Positions 49,279 through 61,475 of a stretch of 64,000 bases of DNA are shown piece after piece. The DNA comes from Nageia nagi. Its lineage: Eukaryota; Plantae; Pinophyta. The notes under the pieces are model-generated. The model made no database searches and had not been told where the DNA came from. It saw only the letters and a list, made by a program, of their open reading frames with translations. The translations under genes were made by a program, and so were the position numbers. The stretch spans positions 8,680,001 through 8,744,000 of the forward strand of contig JBITNC010000001.1 of NCBI GenBank assembly GCA_050084985.1, given 5' to 3'. Each line of letters begins with the position of its first letter. Position 1 is the first letter of the stretch.

Positions 49279-52200
49279 AATGCGTGAAAATGTTTTTTGC
49301 TCAAATGCTGGACAATTTCTCAGAACTTGCAATAACTTGTATTGGGCATCTTAGATTCAGTCCTACCCACACCTAGATGCGGCTGTTGGGAGGGGGATGC
49401 ACCTAATTCCCTTTATTTCGTGAGCGAGCCGATGCTCCACTAAGAAAAGAAATTACGTCTTAAGTCATAATTAGGGTCTAAGGTGTCTTGAGCTTTGCAG
49501 ATTGAATTTTTTCCTCTTGCAATAGTCCCAGAAGGAGTCTATGGTGATTGACATCTCCCCAATGCTAAGTCTGTTATGCCATCAATTCCGCACACTCTTG
49601 GCATAATGACATTCCATTAGGCGGTGGTGAGTGTTGTGGGCCTTGGGAATCGAACAACGGGCGACTCGGCAAACCACACAGGGCATCGGCTCTTCCAAAC
49701 AAACCGTAAGGACAAGGGTGATTAGATGGTCACCGGACTACGCCTTTCCACGCGCCGACCTGCAGGTTTAGCGCCAACAACACACGGTGGAAGACTAACA
49801 GGATCAACTCAGTGAACGGGCAATCAAACACAAAGGAGCAAAATGCGCAAGTCTTCGAAAAATAGCCGTTTTATTATACTGACGGATTGAACTGCCTAGG
49901 AGGACAATACAATGGGCACCAAGGCCAAACGGACTGACTCGGACTTGTGAGTCGGGCACCGTCGAAAATGCTCACCAACCTTATATACAGACGATATGTA
50001 CAAGACCAATATATAGGACTCAGACATGATCCGCCCAGCCGGCTGACTAGTGGAGTTGACCCACTGCTCGCTGGCTCAGATCGCAAGGGCAGAAGTCAGG
50101 TGGTCGCTTGATCGTTTGGGTGCACGGTTTGGAGGGCTTAGTGTTCCCTAGAAGGCTTGGGCGCAAGAAGGCTTTGGTCGCAAGGTTGCAGGAGAGCCTT
50201 AACGCCAGTAGTTAGCTGGCGAGTGGGGAATAGTGTTTTCCCCACCAAATACTCCTCGGTTGATTCGACGACGGCCTCGTCTTTGTGCATGCGCCGACCC
50301 ACCTAAGGCATCAATGATGGGTTTCTATCCAAAAATGCTTGCACCTGATCGCTGAATGGCCATAGGTTGTCCACCTTCTCCCACATCGTCTCTAGCATGC
50401 CACTGTCTTCCCAGGTCACCAGGTACTCACGCTCCATGCGGTTCTTGAAGCCAACCTTCCTCTGCACCAGCACCTCGATCACTTTCCACCCTGGCTCATT
50501 CACTAAGTGGATGGGCGGTCTTGTTGAACGACTCCGTGCAGGATCCTTTCTGTCCTCGACAAACGGTTTCAGTAGCTTCACATGGAACACAGGGTGCATT
50601 TTCATCCGGTCCGGCAGCTAAAGCTTATATGCGACCCTGCCCACTTTCTGGATCACTTGGAATGGCCCTTCCCACCTGCGTGTCAACGACTTGCTTTGTC
50701 CAGTTGGAGGAGGATGGTGGTCCACATCCAATTGTAGCATCACTTTGTTGCCCATCTGAAACTTGGCGTCCCGCTTCATCTTCTCACTAGCCTGCAAGAG
50801 ATGCATCCTCGCTAAGTCTTGTCGATCGTGCTAAGTCTTCAGATACTACGATGCCTACGCATCTCCTCCAAGGTAAGTCGCGACGATCGTGTGCGGAGTC
50901 CTGGGTTGTTATTCGATTGCCAGCTCAAACGGTGAGTACTTGCTCGATTGGCTCTTATGGCAGTTGTAGCAAAATTGTGCATAGTCTAGCAGCTTGGGCC
51001 AGTTCTTTTGGTTGTTTGTGACAGTGCCGAAGGTAGTCCTCCAGCACCCAGTTGATCCGCTCCGTCTGGTTGTCCATTTCTGGGTGATAGCTCGTCGACA
51101 TAAACAGTGCGCTACCCATCAGCTTAAATAGCGCCCTCCAAAAACTCCCCATGATCGTGCGTCCTTGTTCGACACAATGCTCAACGGCATCCCCCAGTAC
51201 TTCACGATATGCTTGAAAAAGTGCTCGGCGACCACCTCCATCGTGCAGCCTGTCTTGCATGGTACAAACGTTGCGTACTTGGAGAAGCGATCCACCACTA
51301 CCATGATGTTGATGTATCCGTCCATGTTAGGCAAACCCATGATGAAATCCATACTGATGCTCACCTAGGGTCGGATTGACACAGGCAGGGGTTGCAATAG
51401 CCTGCACGGTCTCCTACATTCTGCCTTGTCCTGCAGACAGATCAAACAGGATTGCACACACTCTGCAACATCTCTATCTATGCCTGGCCAGTAGAATCCT
51501 TGCTCCAACAAGGCCAACATTCTATGCTTCCCCGGATGCCCAACCCACAGTGCATCATGGCACTCCCTCAGAATCCGTCTCCGCACATCTTTGAACTTCG
51601 GCACGTAGACCCGTGTGTTTTGAAACATAAGCAGCCCGTCTACCATTTTGTGCCGAAGGATCTATCCCTTGGTTGTTTCATACTCCAACATCTTGATCAA
51701 ACTTGCAGCTTGCAGATCAACCTTCAGTCCCTCCTTGATCAGGTCCAAGAGCTTGTCGTCCAGCTCTAGCCTGCTCTCTCCGTGGGTGCTAACTTGATTG
51801 GTCCCTACTGCCTGCAAAGTGGCCAACTGATAGTTGGGCGTCAACTGCCCCTTCTTGCTCAGCATGTCGGCCACTACGTTCTTGGTCCCCGTCGAGTAGA
51901 CAGTCACAGTCATACTTGGCCAACTCATCCTGCCACTGGGCCTGCTTACCGGACAACTTCTTGGTCTAGAAATAGGTGTTCGAGATGTTGTCCATGTACA
52001 CTGTGAACGGAGCCCCCAACACATAGTGTCTCCAGGTCCTAAGGTAGTGGATGACCCCTACCATCTCTTTCTCGTGCGTCGACCATCTTCGCTCAGCCTC
52101 TTTAAACTTGCACGACTCGTACGCTATCAGATGCCTATCCTAAAAAAAATCAGACGCGATCGTTTGCATCGTGAATGGTCGAGTGAAGTTCAGCAGACCC

Positions 52201-54681
52201 AACACTGGCACTGAAATGAATTGCACCTTCAACTCCTCAAACACCTTCTGGCACGGCTCAAACCAGTTCCATGCCTTTTCTTTCTTGATCAGGTCTATCA
52301 AGGGCGTGGCTATCTTGGAGTACCCCTCTACGAACCGTCAGTAGTAGTTCGCCAGATCGAGAAAGGACCTAACCTCATGTATGTTCCTGGGTAGCTCCCA
52401 ATCCCTAATGGCTTCTATCTTCTACGGGATTGGTTTGATCTGCCCGCGGCCCACGACATGGCCCAGAAACTGCACTTCCTCCACACCAAAGGCGCACTTC
52501 TCCCACTTTACAAACAGCTCTGCCTTCCTTAGCAGCTTAAAGACTTGGTCCAAGTGCGCGCCATGCTTTTCCATGGTCTTGGAGTAGACCAAGATGCCGT
52601 CCAAGTATACCACCATGCACTTGTCCAACAGGGTCCTGAACATCTCGTTCATCATCATGCAGAAGGTGGCCAGGGCATTACACATGCCAAACAGCATCAC
52701 CAACCACTTGTACATGCCATACCGGGTCACGCACGTCGTCTTCACCTCATCTCCCTGCACGATCCTGATTCGATAGTACCCTGACTTCAAATCCAACTTG
52801 CTGAACACCTTTGCTCCGTCCAACCTGTCAAAGTAATCATCCATCCACGGGAGTGGATACTTGTTCTTCACCGTCAGCTTGTTGATCACCCGATAGTCTA
52901 TGCAAAGGTGCAAGTTCCCATCCTTCTTTTGAAACAACATGGGCATACCATATGGGGATTTAGCCGATCTAATGTATCCTACGGCCAGCAACTCTGCCAG
53001 CTGCCGCTTCAACTCACTCAACTTCGGCTCGGACATCCTGTATGGTACTCCAGCAAGTGGCTTGGCCCCCGGCACCAACTCTATTGCATGGTCCATTCCC
53101 CTTCTCGATGGTAGCGTGGGGGGAAGCTCCTTCGGCATGCGGTCCGCATTCCGCGACAAGACCGTGTCCAACCTCGCAAGGCCTTCATGCGATCCCGATG
53201 GACTGCTTTCCGCACCTTCCTCTTCATCGTGCCATTTGCCTACCAGTACTACCACATACGTCGGATAGACGTTCCTCTTCAACATGGCCTTGCATGTGAG
53301 AGGGTAACCTCTCATGACCCGGGGTGTGAGCGGATCTAGAGCGAAACCTCTATACTGCGAGGATACATTCCGGACCCGACTACTGTGTAGAGGAATCATA
53401 GCGGTCTCCGTGAGAGAGACTGTTCTGATGGTTGTACTGAAGGGACAGTCAGGGTGAATAAAGCTTAGGGGGACCTTAGGGGTGATTCCCGTATGAAGGT
53501 CGTTGGTTGGGCTATGAGGAGGGGTCCCATGGGATCTCATTGGTGGTGCATGATTATATGATTCCTGGAGCCGAGAGGTCGGGATGAGCCATAGAGACTG
53601 TGGTCTTTGGCAACGTGTAACCGAGGAATTGACGGATGTAGGATAAGGCTTAGCTCGGGTAGGCCGTGAGCGGTGCTATACACGGGTTGTCACACGGTAC
53701 CCGGCTTGGGTCATGTCCTCTGGGGTGGCTCAAGCAGGTACTGTGACAATTGGTATCAGAGCACCTCTAAGGGTCTGGGTATACTGTGGTACCGAAAACC
53801 ATATGCATTGTGCTAATGCGACCCATATGAGGCAAGTGTATATTGGGTGATGGCCGCTCTCATCGGACTACATCGAGGTAGTAGGTGGAGAGTGTGCACT
53901 GTGTCGGTTGGCCGTGCAGAGGCGCCTTATGACCTGCCATGGTTGTGCCTTGCCATTTGGGTTGGGCGCATGTGGAGTCATGTTGCATCGTCCCTTGATG
54001 GTACTCTGTGTGAGCCCATCATAAAATGTAGGAGTGTTCGTGTTGGGGTGTGTTTCGCCAGTGATGGCAGCACCACACCATTTGTGCATTCTGAGTGGGA
54101 ACTTCATGTCTCGGACCTTAATTTTGGGCAGAGGGGACTTGGAGTGTCTAGTTGAGGTCGCTCGGGTCGAGCTGACGTACGCAGCTAGCGGGTGTGCATG
54201 AGATTCCTCTTGGGACATGCAAGAGTGTTGAATGTTGTAGTGGAGGTCGCACTCTACCTTCTACGCTCCCTTGTGGAGTGGACCTTACGGGTGTAAAATG
54301 TTCCCCCCCCCTTTGCTTTATATTGGAGACCATGCCATGGCTTCTAGCTCTCCAGGGGACATCCCGTAATAGCGCACATTTGTGCATCATTATTGTGACC
54401 ATGCCCGGCGTGGAAGTGTCGGAAGGACTGCGGTGTTGTCAAGGGTAGGGCGTGCACCAAAGTAGAGGATTTGCCCAAGGAAGCAACATAGGTGCATCTT
54501 GCGTCTCACAATATGCAACGATGCATCCCTCTGTAGACCCGTAATGCTGAGAGAGTCAGTTGGGTGGGGGAATTGTGTGTGCATTTGTGCCTATGCTATT
54601 GATGCTCGCTTGTGAAGCGTGTGCTCTGTGCTATGCTCAACTTGCTTTCCTCGTAACTCCTGATGCTTATGTTGGAAGCTT

Positions 54682-55003
54682 ACCGAACCTCATCGTGGGA
54701 TGCAAGTTGAACTCGAAAAGTTGGATGTGGATCGAGATTTGTGTTGAATGCTGACCAGACCTCATCGGTGGATGTAGGGTGAACTTGGGAAGCTTGTTGT
54801 GCTGAGTGCTGATCGGACCTCATTGCTGGGTGTAGGTTGAACTTGGAAAGCTTGACTTAGACCAAGGTTTGTGTCGGATGCGGACCGGACCTCATCGTTG
54901 GATGCAGGTTGAACTCGGAAAGCTCGACTTGAACTGAGGGATATGCCAATGCGGATCAGACCTCATCATCGAGCGTAGGTTGAACTCGGGAAGCTTGATT
55001 TGA
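54682..55003 (+). repeat. Five degenerate tandem units (~58-73 bp) with core GACCTCATCG..GGATGCAGGTTGAACTCGGAAAGCT
   Basis: Units near 54683, 54755, 54813, 54885 and 54956. Confidence 0.85.
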
Positions 55004-55089
55004 ATTGCCCGTGCTAGCTGAGAAGCGTGGTTTGAGATCTTTAAGCAAGAGTGTGCTTTGTGTGTGAATTCTGGGTTGGAGCTACTAGA

Positions 55090-55659
55090 ATGTCGGACGA
55101 GATTGCTGAGCAAGTCGTGGACTTGAAGAGTTGAGTTGTGGCTCTTGAGGAGTTGGGTGAAACCAAGATCCTCGTGCAAATACTAGCGAAAAATGAGGCG
55201 ATATTGAGACATGCTTGTGCCAATCCCATGGGAGGTGGGAAAAGTGGCAACAAGAAGTAGACCAAGAAAAGCATTGGAAAAGGTAAGAGAAAGCAAGAGA
55301 ATCGAGGTGCGAAGCCTCGTAGGGTTGATGGAAGTGGAAAGAGAAAGCGAGGAGGCAAAGGAACGGATTCCCATCGGTTGGTTGAGTCGCAACAGGTTGA
55401 GCCTGCCAAGAGACTCAAGAGGATGTGTTATGTATGCAATAGTGAAGGTCACATGGCGAGGGAATGCCCTCAAAAGAATGGCCTTAACTTTACAATGAAG
55501 CAAGTGCAAGAAGCTGCTGCAATGGACCTCCAGTTCCAAGCGAAAGAGTGTCAAGGTTCTAGCAAGCAAAAGAAGAAGGTAGGATTTGTTGATCGTAGAC
55601 GGTGCTACGTGTGTGGTGAAGAAGATCATCTTGCAAAGGCGTGCCTTAGTCGGAAGTAG
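55090..55659 (+). pseudogene. ~190-codon ORF: short helical N-terminus, basic linker, two CCHC zinc knuckles; two in-frame stops
   Basis: MSDEIAEQVVDLKS*VVALEE...KK*TKKSIGKGKRK...CYVCNSEGHMAREC...CYVCGEEDHLAKAC. Confidence 0.75.
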
Positions 55660-58600
55660 AGGACAGGAGGTAAGTGGCCTGTCGAGACTTCCCACCTTGG
55701 CAGGATGGAGCTGAATGGATCGTTCCTCCCATCTTGAGGATGGGCAAGGTTTGATATAGGGAATTTGGTGATGTTACCTATGGGTGTTCGATATCGATAT
55801 GCCGACAAGGCAGTATTGGACACCGCCTTCAAGGTTGCAAAGCTGAGAGGGTCGTTGACGTGGATGTCAACACTCCTAAGTGGGGGAGAATGTGAGAGGG
55901 TAACCTCTCATGACCCGGGGTGTGAGCTGATCTAGAGCGAAACCTCTATACTATGAGGATACATTTCAGACCCGACTACTGTGTAGAGGAATCATGGCGG
56001 TCTCTGTGAGAGAGAGACTGTTCTGATGGTTGTACTGACAGGATAGTCAAGGTGAATAAAGCTCAGGGGGACCTTAGGAGTGATTCTCGTATGAAGGTCG
56101 TTGGTTGGGCAGTGGGCAGGGGTCCCGTGGGATCTCATTGGTGGTGCATGATTATATGATTCCTGGAGCCAAGAGGCCAAGATGAGCCATAGAGACTGTG
56201 GTCTTTGGCAGCATGTAACTGAGGAATTGACGGATGTGAGATAAAGCTTAGCCCAGGTAGGCCATGAGCGGTCCTATACACAGGTTGTCGCACGGTACCC
56301 GGCTTGGATCATGTCCTCTGGGGTGGCTCAAGCAGGTACTGTGACATTGCACATCACTAAGGCTGACACCAACTGCACTCCATCCGGCACAGGTTGCTTT
56401 TTCACCCACACGGCTACTTGCCTCTACCTGGCTCCCCTCTTCTTCCCATGCACGGTCCTGTTCTCCTTGACAGCTAACTCGTACGCTCCTCGTTCACCTC
56501 GCTAATTGAGGAAGGGAACCGAACAACCTTTCCTCATGCGGATCTCCAACACCTGCGTGTCCGGATAGGCAAGGCAGTTCGACAGTCGGATGAACTCATG
56601 CCCCAGTATCAACCCAAAGTCGTCTATGTCCATGATGGACAGATCCATCCGACGCTAGTCTCCCATAGCCAAAGTGACTCCTCGCGTGATCCCTTCCAAG
56701 GCGATCGCGTTCGCATGCACGAACTTGGTTGTATGGTTGCACTATTAATATCATAGCCTAAGGTGTTTGGCCAGCTTAGGGGAGATGTAGTTGTGTGAGG
56801 CACTAGAGTTGTACATGCCCAAGATCTTCTCGCCCTTGATCACCACCTCCACGTACTGCAGATCATGGAGCGCCTTCCGATCCACCTGCCTGCTCAGAGT
56901 GTTAAGACGTTTCAGCACGCCAACTTGATGTCCACCATCTTTACCACTCTACTTCTGTTGAGCTGTATGCACCTGTTAGTTCGGACAGCCTCTAGCGAAG
57001 TGGTCTCCTCTGCAGTTCCAGCAACTGCGGGGCTTCAAAGCATCGAGGACCACTTTGCTCGCTCCATTTCTGACCGGTCGAGTGTCTGGGCTTGCTAGCC
57101 CCAGAAGTTTGCGCTGAAGCGATCGACTTCGGTTTGTGTCCATCGTCGGACTTGGCACCTGACTATTGCGGGTGCTTCCCTTTTCCCTGCTCAGCTGTCT
57201 TGCCCTTCGTCCTGTTTGAGGGCCTCCTGAAGTCGTTTATCCAATCGGCACAGGCGATGGCCTCCTTGATCTTCTTTGGGTCATGCCGCTGGACCTCGTT
57301 CTCAGCCCAGGGTTGCATCATCTTCAGGAAGTTAAACAATCGGTACTCTTCGCTCATGTCCCTTATCTCCAACATCAATGCCGAGTACGTTTTGATGTAC
57401 TCCCTGAGCGATCCAGTCTGCCTCAAGTTCATCAGCTACCACTTGGACAAGATGTTCACGTTGCCCGGCATGAACTGTTCCTTCAGCAACATTTGCATCT
57501 CCTCCCAATCCTTCACCGCAGGGTGCATCTCGACCTCTATCTCCCTGCAGAGGTTACGCCACCACGTTTTGGTAAGGCCGTCCAAGTAGCGAGATGCTAT
57601 GTTGACCTGCTGTGGGCCGAACAATCTTCCTCGTACGCCCAGGAACTCCATGTCCCACATGAAGTTTTCCAGCACATTGTCCACCTGATCTCTGTTGTAA
57701 GATTTGGGATCTCTGATCTTCAACATCCTGCTGGGACTCCCTCCCAATCCTGAGCCAGAACCACCTTCGACAGACATCTCACCTTCATCGCGCGCTCCCA
57801 AAGCTAACTGCTGAGCCATCAGCGCATAATTCTTGCACAAGCGCACATCCTTCGCAATCATGGCTTGGGCCAGCTGAACCTCCTCTAGCTGGGTTTGAAT
57901 CACCTTGTCGGACGACTCGTTCAGGCAGGCCTCTAATCGTACCACGTTTACCTGCAGCTGTCTGACCTCGTAGGACATCTTCGACATCTTGGGTACCAGC
58001 CCATCTTCGTCGGCTATCCTATCTTCTATGTCCTCGACCCTGGTCTCTGTCTGCTACATCTTGGCATACACGGTCCCCTTAAATGCCTCGAAAGCGGCCT
58101 CCATGGCTCTCATGGACTCCTCAACCGATCCTGCCTCAGCTATCTGCGAGACCCTTCCCTTAGACTTTTTCCTGGTCTCTCCCTTGGCTGTCTCACACTC
58201 CATCCTCCTACTGCGATCCTCCTCAATGATGCTAGTAATCTCAAGACCCGGTCCACTACCACCCATCACTGGCTACTTCTCTGGATTGGACACGACTGAC
58301 ACCTGATCGTCTGAGGACAAAGACTCCAAGGACTCGGCTCAGATAAACCCTACCTTGCTCACTGACCTAGACTCAACCTACAGAGCTGACAAGGCTCTGA
58401 TACCAACTGTTGTGGGGCTTGGAAATCGAACAACGAGCAATTCGACAAACCACACACGGCATCGGCTCTTCCAGACAAACCGCATGGACAAGGGCGATTA
58501 GACGATCATCGGACTATGCCTCTCCACGCATCGACCTGCAGGGTTAGCACCAACAACACAGCGAAAGACTAAACAGGATCAAGTCAATGAACAGGCAAGC

Positions 58601-59989
58601 AAACACAAAGAAGCAAAACGCACAAGTCTTAGAAAAATAGCCATTTTATTATACTGACGGATTGAACCGCCCAGGAGTACAATACAATGGGCACCAAGGC
58701 CAAATGGACTGATTCGAACTTGTGAGTCGGGCACCGTCGAAAATGCTCACCAACCTTATATACAGACGATATGTACAAGACCAATATACAAGACTCAGAC
58801 TTGGTCTGCCTACTCGCTCAAATCGCAAGGGCAGAAGTCAGGTGGTCGCTTGATTGCTTGGGTGCACGGTTTGGAGGGCTCAATGTTCGCTAGAAGGCTT
58901 GGGCGTAAGAAGGCTTTGGTTGCAGGAGAGCTTTAACGCCAGTAGTCAGCTGGCGAGTGGGGAACAGTGTTTTCCCCACCAAAGTGAGACACTTATTCCT
59001 CTCCTAGGTTCTACATTATGTATTGATTTAGGTCAATGGACCATCTCCTACGCAAATTATTTTGAGGTGAAGCTGTTGTTGTCGATCACTTGTCAAGAGA
59101 CAATTTATCTTTGTTAATATTTTTGCTTGTCATAAGTTTTTCTCAAAGGATCTTTTTTTTACTTAAAAATAAATTATAAATAACAATTAAATTTTATAAT
59201 TCTATAATAAATAAAAGTAAATTCTAAATAAAAGATGCTATTATATGTTATCTTTTTTTTATTGGAAATCACTCTTTTGGAAAAGTTACAAAAGGTAGAT
59301 CTTTCGATTGCACCTGGAATAACTCAACATAATTTTTTTTTGTGATATTTCAACTAGAGAAAAAGGTACAAAGCTTTTTGTCACAATCTTAAGACTAATG
59401 TAGAAAGTGTTTTTGTCGTAGAGATATTTGAACCTAGGTACTTTGGATTCCCATAGATTTTAACCTCCCTCTATCCAACTCTCCTAACTATTATCAAAAT
59501 TTTCTATTTAAAAAATAAATAAAGTACAAATCAAAATCATCTAAAAAAAATATTTTTATTTTTAAAATAATAAAATAACTCTATAAAAATACATAAATTA
59601 GTATAATAGATACAAGTAAAAAATATTGTTCAATCTAATATAATCTTTATAATTATACAAAGATATACCCAAAAAAATCTAAAAAATATCATTAAATTTA
59701 GAAAACCTTGAAAATATCATAGAAAGATGAAATGATTAATAGAATAACAATATCACTATTGCAGGCATCTACACTATATTCTTGTCGGTCTACATTATCA
59801 AAGTACCAAACGTATATTCGATAGAACATTGTCTTTTTTGTCATAATCCTTGTACCACCTAAGGATAATCGATTTTTCATCTATCAAGTTAGCAATGATG
59901 GCCACACAAGCTGAGAAGTTTTTTGCTACAAATACCTTGTGCCTACCATGCAACATTGCTAGATCTTTATTGAGATTACAAAATATGTG

Positions 59990-61050
59990 TTGATTCCTTT
60001 CTTTCCAAATTAACCAACAATAATGGGGGAGCAGAAATTTCTATATCATGTTCAACGCTTTTGAATCATATGTGAGTTCCCATCAATGGATTAACTGCTT
60101 AAGGGAATTCAAGAAAACCCAACAAATAATGCAAGTAGAATGATTTTTTTCCTTTATCGATTGAGTGAATGACCATTGAATGAATAGATGATTCACCAAC
60201 TCTCCCTCTTGCTTGCAAAGTTCCTATCTATTAGGGAAGAAAAAGCCTTTTTTTCTAAGATTATTATTAGTAAGGATCTTATTTTGATATGAAGGAACTA
60301 ACACTAACAAGATAATTCCTAATCAACCAAGATCACATAAAAGCTCACAATAAGTTCTAAAAAACTCACAAAACAATCTCACAACACAAGATGTAAGTGG
60401 TTCCTTCAACTAGGAATACATTTAGTAACTATATCTTTTCTTCAATCACAAATACAACTCTTTTACAGTTCTCCTAATCTCAACTCCTACACTTCTATCC
60501 TATAACATAACTTTACTCCACACTTGGTGTGTGATCACAAAGAGGGAGCCTTCTATTTATAGGCCAAAATCTCTCTTTGGATCACTTTTTTATCCAATGT
60601 ACAAAAGCATGACGTGCACATCCTTTTACCCAAGGAGCATGCTCATGACATGGAGTGTAGGATAAGTTACATTATCATATTCACTTAAATATTTAAGGTA
60701 TCAAATGATACCCTTAAGTATTAGTGAACTTACATAGAAGATTTAATACAAACCTTTACAATAATGCATTATACATTCCAACATGATCTATTGCCCATAT
60801 GAAGAAGGAGATCTTAAGGATGAGGCCTTTTAGCTAGATTCTTTTCCAAAAATTAGGTTCTTTATTGGGAAAAGTACCTTAGAGAACTTGATAGTTAGAG
60901 TATTGAACACAATCTTGGAAATCTTTATAATGGTTGACTAGAGGTTTATTTCTCAACCAAGGATCATCCTAAAAGAAGACTTGAACTCAATTTCTAATTT
61001 CCTAATTAATATTATCCTCTATCATTTGTTTGGTTTGAAGGTGTTCATTC
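59990..61050 (-). mobile_element. L1-type LINE 3' remnant (zf-RVT region) interrupted by a solo LTR
   Basis: The minus strand around 60280-60170 reads KILTNNNLRKK..FFPNR*ELCKQEGELVNHLF; FWKRI-like remnants lie right of the LTR. Confidence 0.55.
60290..60783 (-). mobile_element. Solo LTR (494 bp), same family as 656-1146
   Basis: TGAAGGAA...CCAACA ends, TSD TGATA/TGATC (4/5), shared GTGGTTCCT and CCTTCTATTTATAG motifs. Confidence 0.75.
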
Positions 61051-61475
61051 TAGAAGGTAAAGCCTTTGGGTGGGTTCTCCACATGGAAAAATGAATTGGA
61101 GGAGTCAAGATATTTTGCTTTGCATATTTGAGCCTAATAAGTAATTAATTTCTATCCGAGCTTCCCTAGGAGTTCTTTATCCATCTTCATTTTTCTCATA
61201 CCCATGCCACCTTTTCTATTATAAACCCTATCTTGGACAACTAGGGTTATTCGTCTCCTTTTTGATGATGCACATAATGGCCTCATTATTAACATAAATA
61301 ATTTATTATAATATGGAATCACAAGGATACTTTAGTAATTGTATGCATATTTTATATACTTAACTTCTCTAAATTAGATATAAGATCCAATATTTTGTTA
61401 TTAATTAATGATTTTATGTTTTTGGATCAAAGTCTCACTTTTACCTTATAGCTTTGACACTGAAATGTGTTTTAT

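Larger units (their letters stand above)
53295..56346 (+). mobile_element. 3.05-kb non-autonomous LTR element nested between the host PR and RT
   Basis: LTRs 53295-53748 and 55891-56346, TSD TTGCA/TTGCA, PBS TGGTATCAGAGC at 53751-53762, PPT AAGTGGGGGAGAA at 55878-55890. Confidence 0.95.
49632..58983 (-). mobile_element. GC-rich Ty3/gypsy chromovirus (Galadriel-like) with chromodomain, degenerate, with nested insertion
   Basis: LTRs 49632-50249 and 58408-58983, TSD GTGAG/GTGAG, PBS at 58394-58405. Gag 57987-57100 with CWNCRGDHFARGC, RT (LCIDYR..YLDG), INT (SISMDFIMGLP, YHPEMDNQTE), chromodomain (EYLVTWED..TMWE). Confidence 0.93.

Noticed and set aside
53295-53748. Retrozyme (hammerhead-containing LTR) hypothesis for the nested non-autonomous element
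   Set aside because: No CTGAnGA...GAAA core with a pairing stem II on either strand, as far as I can see.
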